Positions 1 to 10,400 of a stretch of 41,249 nucleotides of DNA are shown piece after piece. The notes below the pieces were generated by a model. The model had not been told where the DNA came from, did not search any database, and worked only from the letters and a program-made list of their open reading frames with translations. The DNA is from a virus (taxonomy: Duplodnaviria > Caudoviricetes), in the IMG/VR virus record IMGVR_UViG_3300023105_000066, positions 1-41,249 of that record. One strand, given 5' to 3'. Position numbers and translations under genes: made by a program. Position 1 is the stretch's first letter; each line of letters opens with the position of its first letter.

Positions 1-426
1 CATCTTCTTGAGTTCATTCTCCGTCCAGACAACAAACTGCCAGCCTTGCTTCTTACAAAACTCCTGAGCTTGCTTCCATTTTGACTGATTGATAATATAG
101 GTAATCACAGCAGCCTTATGATTTCTTAGGCGTTTCGAAGGTGGTAAAGTTTCACGATATGGTTTGATTTCAATCATATAGGCTTGTCCTGATTTGCTCA
201 TGTAGACAAAATCAGGAAAATAACTATGGACTTTCTTGTCAATTGGATTTAAATAGGGAACAACTAAACCTTCACTGTTCCACCATTGAACGTTAGATGA
301 AGTGTCAAAAAAGTTCATCACTCGTTTTTCCCAACTACTACGATAAATAACTGTAGTCGAGTTTCCTTTATACCTCTCAACATTTTTAGGGAAGAACTTT
401 CCCTGACGAAATTTAGTTTTTCTCAT
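1..426 (-). CDS. gp4: T4 gp4-like head completion nuclease (TnsA-like endonuclease fold); 3' end runs off the window
   Basis: Absent from the ORF track. Manual translation from CAT at 424-426 gives MRKTKFRQGKFFPKNVERYKGNSTTVIYRSSWEKRVM...WNSEGLVVPY...YFPDF...IEIKP...NQSKWKQAQEFCKKQGWQFVVWTENEL, matching the GKF.PKN..KY.G, YRSSWE, Y.PDF and IEIKP motifs of gp4. Confidence 0.92.
   Translation of the reverse strand, partial: MRKTKFRQGKFFPKNVERYKGNSTTVIYRSSWEKRVMNFFDTSSNVQWWNSEGLVVPYLNPIDKKVHSYFPDFVYMSKSGQAYMIEIKPYRETLPPSKRLRNHKAAVITYIINQSKWKQAQEFCKKQGWQFVVWTENELKKM
342..349 (+). promoter_or_regulatory. Candidate T4-type late promoter (GATAAATA) for the baseplate operon
   Basis: One mismatch from T4 TATAAATA; about 75 nt upstream of the ATG at 425 and inside divergent gp4. 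The same octamer precedes other structural genes. Confidence 0.55.
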
Positions 427-1558
427 GGCTTTAAATTCAAACTTAAGTTTTAGACCTTTAGCATCACCTTCAGGTACACCTGAAGTACTATCAAGGTATA
501 ATGCAATTCCACCAATTGGCGCTACTGTAACTGAAACAGTTGTCGAAACGAGTAATGAACGAAAAGGTACTACTGTATCGCCAGCACCTTCTTTTTCATC
601 AGGATCTGTTGCGCTAGATAAACTTTTAGTTTATCCTCTTGTTCCTGTAGAAGCTCAAAAAATGTTTTTGAGAATGAAACTTTTTTCTGAAAGAAAAGCG
701 AATCGCTCACCAGATACAACTATTTATTTACCTTTACCACTTGGCGCTCTTCGTGAAGAAACAGGTGTCAGCTGGGGTTATTCTGATTTGGGTATCTTTG
801 GTCAATTTTTTAAAGGTGGAACAGAATGGGCTCTCGATGATAGTACAAGATATGAAGGTTTAGAAAAAACATTTAGTACAATGTTTAAGGAATCAGGCAA
901 AGCTTTGAATACAGCACTTGAACGGTCAGTTTTAAATACGGACATGTTTGATGCACTCAAACAAGGTGCTGGTTTTCAAATAAAACCTGAATTTACTTTT
1001 ATGTTTGAAGGTATTAACAAACTTCGTGATTTTCGTTTTGAATGGAAGTTTATACCAAGAAACGCTCAAGATGCTAAACGAATTGAAGTGATCTTTAAAG
1101 AAATTCAAAAAGCAAGCTTACCTACAGTATCGGCCATTTCAATGTATGATGAAGTCAAGAAATTTTTTGGTGCCGATCCAAATACAAGTCCACAAGTTCA
1201 ACAAGGAGATGTTGTTCATGGTCAAGATTTTGATCATAAGCTGTATAGTTCAACTTTTATTATTCCTAAAGAAATTGAAATGTCTGTCTTTGAAAGAACA
1301 GGAAGTCAATATGAAGGAATCAATGATGACTTAGAACATATAGCTGATTTTCCAATACCTTTTGTTGTTTCTGATATCAGCATTCAGATGGGTGGTGAGG
1401 CAGCAGAAGCTGATGTATTTCTATATGATGAAGTGAGTGATGAATACTATTATAGTTCATATTATATCTTAGTTGGATTTACAGAGACTACTCATTATAC
1501 TGCTGAAAATGTGAAGAGTTATAGAACATACGGAACAACAAACAGACAAGTGCCATGA
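425..1558 (+). CDS. gp48: Baseplate tail-tube cap, gp48-like (copy 1)
   Basis: TIYLPLP...E...V.W...DLG, P.FTFMFEGI..LRDFRFEWKFIPRNAQDA..I..I and FIIP motifs; position next to gp4 and gp53. Confidence 0.75.
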   Translation: MALNSNLSFRPLASPSGTPEVLSRYNAIPPIGATVTETVVETSNERKGTTVSPAPSFSSGSVALDKLLVYPLVPVEAQKMFLRMKLFSERKANRSPDTTIYLPLPLGALREETGVSWGYSDLGIFGQFFKGGTEWALDDSTRYEGLEKTFSTMFKESGKALNTALERSVLNTDMFDALKQGAGFQIKPEFTFMFEGINKLRDFRFEWKFIPRNAQDAKRIEVIFKEIQKASLPTVSAISMYDEVKKFFGADPNTSPQVQQGDVVHGQDFDHKLYSSTFIIPKEIEMSVFERTGSQYEGINDDLEHIADFPIPFVVSDISIQMGGEAAEADVFLYDEVSDEYYYSSYYILVGFTETTHYTAENVKSYRTYGTTNRQVP

Positions 1559-2658
1559 GTGATTTAAATCAACAAGAAAAAAAAATTCAAACAGAAATTC
1601 TTATACTTGATAATCAAATCACTAAACTAAAAAATAAAGCAAAGGCAAATGGTGAAAATGTTGAAAGTGATTTACAGAACTTAGGTTCAGAAGGTACTAA
1701 ATTGAGCGGTTTCAGTTCACCAGAGATTGTTCGATTGATTCGTAAAAGAAATGTTTTGTTAAATCAACTCAGTACACTTCAAAGCAGTAATGCGGGAGAT
1801 CCTGAAAATTTACCATGGAGTCTCACATATCCAAAAGATTTAGGTCAAGTAGCTTATAAAAATAATTATATGAATATCACTTTTTGGGAACATCAAGTGG
1901 ATCCAACTACGAATGATAAACTTGAAAAACAAATTTATCCAAGTATTCGTTTACCAATTTCACCAAGAATGTTCTACCAAAATTTGACAATTGACTATGA
2001 GAGAGCATCTCTTGGTCAATTACAAAATGTGATTTATGAAAATGCCCGTGAGTATGGTGTCACAAGTGATGGTTTATCACAGGCATTGGGACATGCAATG
2101 GATGAAACAAAAGCTTCTCAATTGCTTGAAGGTTTTGCCTATTCTCAATGGTTGCGAACAGATTTAGATGCAATCAAAGCAAGTTATTATGGTACAGGAT
2201 TAGCTTACAATCCAAACAGTACTGCTCGTTTTCAGATGAATAGAGCCATCTATCGTGAGTTTCAACCTTCATGGACATTTGTTCCGAAAAGTGCCATTGA
2301 TGCTCGAGTACTTTCAGATATAGTAAAAGCTTTGAAAAGAAATGGTTTGCCTTCAATACTCAATGCAGCAGTTGATAAAAGAGTGAATTATGCAAATCAT
2401 TTTAAATATCCAAGACGAGTGAAAATTGAATTGTTTGTAAATGGTCGTTTGTTAAAAAAGACACAATTTCTACCAATGGTAATTAAAACAATTGACATTT
2501 CAAATAACGATAAAGTGTATGGTTCAGGATTTACTGATAGCGTTCCACTTTCAAAACAAGATGATGAAATATTTTTATCAGAAACAACAATTACTTGTAT
2601 GCTTCAAGAGACTTCTGTTTTTACAAGTTCATCTGTAGACATGACAACTCAACTATAA
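1555..2658 (+). CDS. Second gp48-like baseplate/tail-tube cap paralogue (could be gp54-like)
   Basis: LTYPKDL, IRLPI, YERASLG, YNPN...F....REFQPSWTFVPKSAIDA..L.DIV and FKYP motifs parallel copy 1; ATGA overlap with the upstream gene. Confidence 0.65.
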   Translation: MSDLNQQEKKIQTEILILDNQITKLKNKAKANGENVESDLQNLGSEGTKLSGFSSPEIVRLIRKRNVLLNQLSTLQSSNAGDPENLPWSLTYPKDLGQVAYKNNYMNITFWEHQVDPTTNDKLEKQIYPSIRLPISPRMFYQNLTIDYERASLGQLQNVIYENAREYGVTSDGLSQALGHAMDETKASQLLEGFAYSQWLRTDLDAIKASYYGTGLAYNPNSTARFQMNRAIYREFQPSWTFVPKSAIDARVLSDIVKALKRNGLPSILNAAVDKRVNYANHFKYPRRVKIELFVNGRLLKKTQFLPMVIKTIDISNNDKVYGSGFTDSVPLSKQDDEIFLSETTITCMLQETSVFTSSSVDMTTQL

Positions 2659-2663
2659 CGAAT

Positions 2664-3323
2664 ATGCATTTTTTTAAAGATTTTCCAAAAGAAAAATTCA
2701 ATTATCAATTTAACAAAATTGTACAAATTGATATTACAACTCGAGTGAAGTTACTTGATTATGTAAAAAATAATCAAGATAGTTTATCAATCTTGAATTA
2801 TGAAATTGAAAATGAAAAAAGACCTGAACAAATTTCTCTTGAGTTATACAATACAACAGATTATACCTGGACAATCTTAATTTTGAATGATGTTTATGAC
2901 ATTTATAATGATTGGGTAAAACCTCAACTTGTTCTTGAAAATGAATTGATTAAAAAATATGGTTCTCTTGAAGAATCAAATCGAGTTCCTGCTCATTACT
3001 ATAGTGAATTTGGTTATGAGATTGGTAAATCATCAGTTTCACAGGTTCAAAACAATTTCAATGATCGAGAAAAAAATTATACATTACTTCATCAAACAGT
3101 TGGATTTCAAGATGAATACTCAATTACAGAATTAGGAGAATTGGAATATAAACAAGCTTCAAAAACACACAAAGGTAGAGTAATTGAAAATCGTGGACCT
3201 GTAACCGAAACAGTGTTTCAAAAAATGATGAGAGAAAATGATGAAAAAAAATGGATTCGTGTTTTTGATTCAAGAGTTATTTTCCGCATTCAATCTGAAC
3301 TTAAATCTTTATTGGAACAATGA
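2664..3323 (+). CDS. gp53: Baseplate wedge subunit gp53 (LysM-like)
   Basis: MHFFKDFP start and YEIENEKRPEQISLELY...YTWTILILNDVYDIYNDW...ENDEKKWIRV motifs. ATG at 2664 preferred over the track start at 2595, which overlaps the previous gene. Confidence 0.85.
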   Translation: MHFFKDFPKEKFNYQFNKIVQIDITTRVKLLDYVKNNQDSLSILNYEIENEKRPEQISLELYNTTDYTWTILILNDVYDIYNDWVKPQLVLENELIKKYGSLEESNRVPAHYYSEFGYEIGKSSVSQVQNNFNDREKNYTLLHQTVGFQDEYSITELGELEYKQASKTHKGRVIENRGPVTETVFQKMMRENDEKKWIRVFDSRVIFRIQSELKSLLEQ

Positions 3324-4918
3324 GAAGAGTTTTTGAAAAATCTTTAAGAAGTGAATTATATCCAGATATAGTTGGTGATTATGAATTAATCTCAATGATT
3401 CTTGAAAGCCCCAAAGTCTCTCAAGGTGAAGATAAAGAACCAATCTATAAGCAAGTTTCATTAGACCTCGTTTATACAAATTTTAGTATCTATGAGGACC
3501 TATTTTCAAATTGTTTATCTGGAACACTTTCAATTCTTGACGCAAATCATATTGCTGCCGATTTTCCTATTATAGGTGAAGAAAGTTTACAAGTTTGTTG
3601 GCGTTCTCTTGACACAAAAGTAGCAATTGAATTGCGATTTCGTGTAACTGGTATTTCTCCAATTGAAAGAGTAAATGATAATACAGTTGTTTATACTCTA
3701 CAACTTATTTCTGAAGTTGCAATACAAAGTGAAAAACAAAAAATATCAAAGTCATTTCCAAAAGGACGTCTATCCGATGTTGTATCTTTTTTGTGTGAAA
3801 AGAAACTGAATTTAGTTGATGAAAATAAAGTTGAATACGTTCAACGAGGTGATTTTTATATCAAAGATAAGAGTGTAAAAAATAATTATTTTTTGATTGA
3901 AACAGATTCAGCACATATTGAAAAGTATATTGCGCCAAGTTTATCACCATTTCGTGTAATTAATAAACTTTGTAAAAGAAATATTTCACCCACCGGCTCA
4001 CTTTTCTTTTTCTTTCAAGACATCAATCGTTTTCGTTTTGTAAGTTTGGAAGATTTATTCAAAAAAAGAAATCGTTCTGAACCAATCAAGAGAATTGTTT
4101 ATATACCAAAAGATGCTCAACCTGATTTGAAAAATACAAGAGAACATTCTTGGAGTATTGTTTACGATTATAAAATTGTAAAACGATTTGATATCTTTAA
4201 GAATATGCACAGAGGCATGTATTCTTCTGAAGTTTCTTTTCTTGATATTGAAAAAAGAAAATTCAATACAAATTCTTATTATTATCAAGAAGATTCAAAA
4301 AATTCTTATCATATCAATAACTCAGGATATCTTCTGACAACAGAATATAGTGATATTCTTCATGAATTAGGTAATGAAGCCGCATCAACAGTTAACGAAT
4401 TAGTTCCTTATCATACAGGAGACCGAGAGTCAAGAGATTATAGTGACCAACGAACTAACATGTATCAAAGACGTATGAGTATGCAAGCTCAACTTGATGC
4501 TCTAGTTATACAAGTTGAAATGGCAGGAGATACATCTGGTAGAATTACCATTGGTGATCTGATTTATTTTCATGTACCAAGAATGCAAAGATTAGAAGGT
4601 GATTTATATCTAACTGGAAATTATCTTGTAACAAAAATTCATCATCAAGTAAGTAATTCTGAAAAATATAAAATGACAATTGAAATGATTTCAGATACTT
4701 TGAATGTGGGTTATAAAATTAATCCAGATCGAAATGATGAGGATGATAACATATCAATACAAGTAAAACCAAAAGATGTTACTCTTGGTAAAGATCAAGA
4801 TATTGTTCATACTTCCATTTTATCATCTGAAATCATTGATAACTACAATAAGAAAACAAGAGAAAGAAAAATGTTTCAGCAAATTATAACTGGTAAAAAT
4901 GTGAAAATCAATGTTTGA
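3320..4918 (+). CDS. Baseplate hub protein (gp27-like)
   Basis: FSIYEDLFSNCLSGTLSILD...FPIIGEE, SPFRVI, FFFFQD..RFRFVSLEDL, and C-terminal GD....IGDLI...DLYLTGNYLVTKIHH; lies between gp53 and gp5. Confidence 0.75.
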   Translation: MRRVFEKSLRSELYPDIVGDYELISMILESPKVSQGEDKEPIYKQVSLDLVYTNFSIYEDLFSNCLSGTLSILDANHIAADFPIIGEESLQVCWRSLDTKVAIELRFRVTGISPIERVNDNTVVYTLQLISEVAIQSEKQKISKSFPKGRLSDVVSFLCEKKLNLVDENKVEYVQRGDFYIKDKSVKNNYFLIETDSAHIEKYIAPSLSPFRVINKLCKRNISPTGSLFFFFQDINRFRFVSLEDLFKKRNRSEPIKRIVYIPKDAQPDLKNTREHSWSIVYDYKIVKRFDIFKNMHRGMYSSEVSFLDIEKRKFNTNSYYYQEDSKNSYHINNSGYLLTTEYSDILHELGNEAASTVNELVPYHTGDRESRDYSDQRTNMYQRRMSMQAQLDALVIQVEMAGDTSGRITIGDLIYFHVPRMQRLEGDLYLTGNYLVTKIHHQVSNSEKYKMTIEMISDTLNVGYKINPDRNDEDDNISIQVKPKDVTLGKDQDIVHTSILSSEIIDNYNKKTRERKMFQQIITGKNVKINV

Positions 4919-7001
4919 CCTCAATAAAGTAAACTTCGGACAAAATTTAGTTTGGTTTTTTGGTGTGGTTGAAAACCGCATGGACCCTAACTTCTTAGGT
5001 AGAATTCAAGTGAGATGTTATGGTCATCATACATCAAATCGTTTAGAGATTCCAACAGAAGACCTACCTTGGGCAATGGTGATGCAACCTGTCACCTCGG
5101 CTGCTCAGACAGATGTTGGTGAAAGTCCGACTGGAATTGTTGAAGGTTCTTGGGTGGTTGGATTTTTCATTGATGGTGAGGAAGCTCAACAACCTCTTGT
5201 GATTGGCACATTGGGTGGCTATGCCAACAAACCAGAAAAACTATCTGAAGATGAAGCCGATGATTGGCATGCCTATGGCTTCAAGGATGTTCGTGAAGAA
5301 GACCATCTCGCTGAAAGAGGTTTTCCATCACCACCGGTATCTGTTCGCAAGAAAACAGAATCTGGAGAACTAGGTGCTGAGATTGTTGAGAATCCATTTG
5401 TTCAAAGATACCCAAGAAAAGATTCACAAAACAAATCAACAGTTCCAAAACTCGCCAGAGGTGTTCGTGACCTGAATATCTTTTTGAATGAGGACACATC
5501 TTTCACAACCACAAAAGAAGAAAAGACAAAAGTTCTACAAGAACCAATGCTTTCAAAGATGTTGAATGAAAACGCAAGCATTCAAACATCAAAGCCAGGA
5601 CTCAGCTACGCTCAACCCACATCTCCCTACAATGCTCAGTATCCGTTCAATCATGTTAAAGAGACGGAATCAGGTCATATTGTTGAGTTTGATGATACCC
5701 CTGGGGCAGAAAGAATCCACGAATACCATCGCTCTGGAACCTTCAGAGAGATACATCCAGACGGGACACTCGTTTCTCAGACAATGGATGAAAAATATGA
5801 CCTGACTGAAGCAAGTAGTTACGAATATGCGAAGGGTGAAAAGTTTGAGACTTTCCGTAAAGGCATGTATACAATGATCAATGCTGGTCGTTTTGGTGGT
5901 GAAGATTACGAAGTGCGTGTCTGTGGTTCAGCAAATTATAATCTGACAGTTGAAGAAGGTGATATCAATGTCAAAACAACTACAGGTCAAATCAATCTGA
6001 TCACATCTTCACTCAAATTACTTTCACCAAATGAAATCAAAACAGCATCACCTTATATTGAAGAAAGTGCTGGTGATTTAGTCTGTCGAGTTGAAAATGA
6101 ACATCGTCATGATGTAGATGGCATGTATGTGTGTACTGCCGGCTACATCAATCAAAATGCAGCAATGAATTATAGTGTAAGTGCGGGTGACAATTACACT
6201 CTCGAAGCAGCACATACAGTGAAGATACATGCTGAAAATACATTTACAATGCCGCCGTTCTATGTTCCATGGCCTATTGGTGTCAAAGTTTCTACTGCTC
6301 ATGGGCATATTGAAATGAATGCGATGGATGGAAATACAAGAATTTCAGCAAGAGGATTTGGTTGGGTGACTGATACTGGAAATTTTACAGTGACTTCATC
6401 ATTACCCACATCAATTGCTTCTCTCATGCAATATCAGCCTTCTCCATTTCCTGGATTGTACCAACATATGAGTCATCCGGCGAGTATTATTAGTTCAACA
6501 ATCACAGGTTATATCTACAATGAATCTTGGTTTGGTGATATTGTTTCAGATGCTAAATTTATGAATAGTGTTCGTATGAGAGCCACACCAAAAGGTATGG
6601 TTGAAGAAATGGGTGGTATGATTCTACATACAGCCACCTCTTCAGATATTATCAATATAGCTACACGAAACTTCTTTGTTGCTGCGGGTCAAGGTGTTTA
6701 CACAAACTCAGGTTGGGGAACACATATTAATTCCGCTCAAGAAATTTTTGTAACTTCAGGAACAACAACAACGATGACATCTGTTGGACCTACAATGATT
6801 GCTTCAATAGGAGCAACTGTTCATTTAGGTTCACATGCCGCTCATGAACCAGCACTGAAAGGTCCTTCTTTCTTGAAAACATTTTTTGCTCATACACATC
6901 TGACACCTATGGGACCAACAACACCTGTAGATTTTGTTACAAACCCACAATTAGGATTATGGGCTGCTCAATCATTATGTTTAAAAACAATGGTATTTTA
7001 A
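4911..7001 (+). CDS. gp5: Baseplate central spike gp5 (OB-fold plus beta-helix, no lysozyme domain)
   Basis: WFFGVVENRMDP..LGRIQVRCYG.H...IPTEDLPWA, GSWVVGFF.DG..AQQP, YPFNHVKETESGHIVEFDDTPGAERIHEYHRSGTF; C-terminal AHTH.TPMGPT. Confidence 0.92.
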   Translation: MFDLNKVNFGQNLVWFFGVVENRMDPNFLGRIQVRCYGHHTSNRLEIPTEDLPWAMVMQPVTSAAQTDVGESPTGIVEGSWVVGFFIDGEEAQQPLVIGTLGGYANKPEKLSEDEADDWHAYGFKDVREEDHLAERGFPSPPVSVRKKTESGELGAEIVENPFVQRYPRKDSQNKSTVPKLARGVRDLNIFLNEDTSFTTTKEEKTKVLQEPMLSKMLNENASIQTSKPGLSYAQPTSPYNAQYPFNHVKETESGHIVEFDDTPGAERIHEYHRSGTFREIHPDGTLVSQTMDEKYDLTEASSYEYAKGEKFETFRKGMYTMINAGRFGGEDYEVRVCGSANYNLTVEEGDINVKTTTGQINLITSSLKLLSPNEIKTASPYIEESAGDLVCRVENEHRHDVDGMYVCTAGYINQNAAMNYSVSAGDNYTLEAAHTVKIHAENTFTMPPFYVPWPIGVKVSTAHGHIEMNAMDGNTRISARGFGWVTDTGNFTVTSSLPTSIASLMQYQPSPFPGLYQHMSHPASIISSTITGYIYNESWFGDIVSDAKFMNSVRMRATPKGMVEEMGGMILHTATSSDIINIATRNFFVAAGQGVYTNSGWGTHINSAQEIFVTSGTTTTMTSVGPTMIASIGATVHLGSHAAHEPALKGPSFLKTFFAHTHLTPMGPTTPVDFVTNPQLGLWAAQSLCLKTMVF

Positions 7002-7002
7002 T

Positions 7003-7473
7003 ATGGCTTTATCACCAGGAATTTTGATTCCACAGTTTGCTGAAATCTTTTCAACACCTGCGATTGATGGTTCAATTACAGGTATTCGTGTAGTCAATGC
7101 TATTACAAATTATCTAGCAACAGGACAAAATGCTGCGTTTGGAACTTATGTAACTTGGGCGTTTCCTTTCGCTCAAATGATGGAAGTTTTTAAAGTTCCA
7201 AAACCCATCCCTTCAATGTTTGCTCTCGATTTTACAGGAGCAGTAGTTCAAGGATTAGCAGGACTTTATACAGTTTTTCAACTCAATGCGATTCAAGCAG
7301 CCGGCCCTGTAATGTATCCTATGGTTGAACTTGCTGTCAATAAATATAATATCAATTCAATTCCTTTTGCCATTGAAATGGCAAATGCGGTTCACGCTCA
7401 AGCATCAAGTATTGTTATTACAGTAAGTGATCCAAAAACATTGGGATTCCCTTATCCAGGTCCATTTTTCTAA
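7003..7473 (+). CDS. Hypothetical hydrophobic protein, probably spike-associated
   Basis: 156-aa ORF starting 1 nt after the gp5 stop; Ala/Pro/Phe-rich; no PAAR motif seen. Confidence 0.7.
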   Translation: MALSPGILIPQFAEIFSTPAIDGSITGIRVVNAITNYLATGQNAAFGTYVTWAFPFAQMMEVFKVPKPIPSMFALDFTGAVVQGLAGLYTVFQLNAIQAAGPVMYPMVELAVNKYNINSIPFAIEMANAVHAQASSIVITVSDPKTLGFPYPGPFF

Positions 7474-7482
7474 GAGGATTTT

Positions 7483-10400
7483 ATGAGTGGTCAAATTGGA
7501 CTTTCACAAAAAAAGAGAGTGCTTCAAACAAAAATATTACAAGCACCTCTCGTTGTACAAAATCTAAGAAAAAGAATTATTGAAAATGCTAATTTCTTAA
7601 TCGAAGAAATGAAAGCTCATGATTTCAGTGAAGTATCTGAAATCATAAAAGCATGTACTGCTTTAGGAATACGAAGAGCCTATAAGAGAGGTCTACAGCA
7701 TCCTGTAAACAGTGAAGGTGATATCAACAAATACATTTATCGTTTCAACATGTTAGGGGCTTTACCTTTTCAAGACCAAACAGAGCCTACAGGAAGTCAA
7801 TGGGCTGCTCTCGTATTAGTTGAAGATAGTTACGCCACAACTCATACACAATCATATGCCATTATCAATGGTTATAGTTCCGGTCAAAATGCTTTATCAA
7901 TTTTATTGAATTTATTTCCAGGCGCCCCTCTTACACAAGCAACATACGTTGGTACAGACCCTCTTGTAGATATAGCAATTGGTAATCAGACTTTTAGTGG
8001 AAATCCGAATGTAGTTCCACCTCCTTATTGGGATGATTTTACCGGTGGTGTTTTTCGTCTGACTGGTATTAATGTAGGTTCAGGTAGTGTAGTCAATCGT
8101 GATGCTGTAGCGAATTGGATTCATGCAAAACACGATTGGAGTTTTGACCAAAGGGCTCAATTTCCAGGAACAGATTTAGCAAATAAGATCAACGATATCT
8201 ATATTACACCAAAAATGACTGCTTCTGGTGTAGGTGGTAAATTATATTGGCCAGGAGGTGGTGGTTTTGCTGAAAAAGCATTTAACTATTATGTTGATTC
8301 AAGTGACCGTAAAACACAAAGTATTATGGTTCAAGCCGTTTCAATTGATGGAACTCCTTTTGTTAAAGTAAATGGAACATCTGTTTCTTTTGCGACAAGC
8401 AGCACAGCAACTACTCCTAAACTTGAATTACCTTGGACTGCATTCATACCAAAATATCGTAAAGGTGGTAAAGATTCTGACCTACCCTGGCTACCTTACA
8501 TGACCTGTGGCTTATTGAATAATATTCCTGATTCAGAGAATTGTGTATCATCAACAGATATCACAGCAGGTGCTTTAGAACGACCTGACTTAAATCTTCT
8601 TGTGCCTTATGGACAAAATCAGTATCCGTTTATGACACCAAATGCTGGATTCCCTTATTCAAAGAAAGTCAATCCAGAACCTAAACGAATTCGTATGGTC
8701 ATTGATGGTTCACCAGTTGAATCTGAAGATGTAGTTATTCAAAATCGTTTTCGTCTTACAGGTTATACTGAATTTGATCCAGGAGATCCAGGTACAGGTG
8801 TAATTGAATTACCTCTGGGTGGTCCTGAGAATCCTACATATACTCCAGGTGATGGAGAAAATCCTGGGCCTGGTGATACTGTAATCATTGATGCGAATAC
8901 AAAATTTGTTTTGATTCCTGGTGAAGATGATGACTTACTTTACATAGACCGAGAGGCTGTTGAATTGGCGTTTGGTGATGATAATGCAAATTATCCAGGG
9001 TTTAATTGGGAAGACAAATCACGTTCTGGTAGAATATTTTATGCTGGTCCTGTGATGTATCAGAGAGACCCTGTGACAGGAACGAATACTCTCTTCACAA
9101 AAGAACTTGCGGTGGGTAATGTAATTGAAGCAGAGTTTCCGGAACGGCAATGTGGTGGTACCTTCTATACAATTGGTACGGATACAATCTATTATCGTGG
9201 AACTTGGATGACTGAAAGATATTATGAAAATATGCGAGTAGTTATTGATGATGTTGAATACCGTTTTGTGAGTCAAACCAAATACGCAACTGAGCAAACA
9301 AAAACGTACTATGGTTATACTATTCGTTATAATGAAGAATATAAAGTTGACCGAACAAATAAAAGATTTATTGACGCAACTTTGAATCGAAAATTTGATC
9401 ATCTAGCACTTTCAGGTGCGAACATTTATCCGGATCCAATTAATCAATATGTCGCTACTCTTGAAATTGATAACTTTACAAACGACCAAATGTTAGAATA
9501 TTTTGAAGTTGGTGATTTAGTTACAATTGAAACACCAGCTGGTACTGAGTATTATCGTTTTCAGTCAATTAGTGGTGGTAAACTCAAAGGTCTTTGGCGA
9601 ACAGATGGCTCAACAATTTTAAATGGTACTCAAGGTGCTACAATTCGTCGAGTAGTAAAGTATACAAGAGCATCACATACAAATGTTTCCGGTTTCACAC
9701 CAGGCTTTCGTGTTTATCATGAAGTTGAATCAATCGCCAGCGACACAAGTATGGAAATTAAACCAGCATACACATATGGTGAATCTTTTGAGGGTTGGAT
9801 TAATCGTGTTGGTTTTAACATTGAGTCAAAATCACCAACACCTGATATGCTCAACAGTGGTTTTGATACAGATGGTGTTGGTCAATTCCGTTTGTTCAGC
9901 ACATCTTCAAATGTATACAAAGAAGATAGCCCTACATTCTTCATCAAAAAAGCTGCAACTGAGAGAGTGATTGTTTATAGCGGTACAGATTTTACACAAG
10001 CACCTGCTCATATGTCAGCAAAACCAGTTTCAAATGTTGTTGATGGTTTAGATAAATTCTTCACCTCAGAGGTTTATAATTATAATAAATTTCAAGCATT
10101 GCTCACAACCCAAGGCTTAGCTTATGGTGATTTAGTTTATCCTGAAAATTATGATGCGTTGGATTTTTATTTGAATGAAAAACATCCTGGTCAATTGAGT
10201 TTCACGGATGGAAATGATCCTTATATAACACTTGAAACAATCGAAAGAAGTTCGATCACAGAAACAGAAAAAACATATTCTCCTATTTCACATGGGTTTA
10301 TTGAGGGTGATACTTTAACAATTCGTAAGGTAAAAGAGAAACCACATTTCTTCCGTGATGATCCTTATGGTGATTGTATCTCACATCGAGAGAGTACTGA

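Noticed and set aside
2595-2663. Extended N-terminus of gp53 given by the ORF track
   Set aside because: Overlaps the upstream gene by 64 nt; the family-like start MHFFKDFP begins at 2664.
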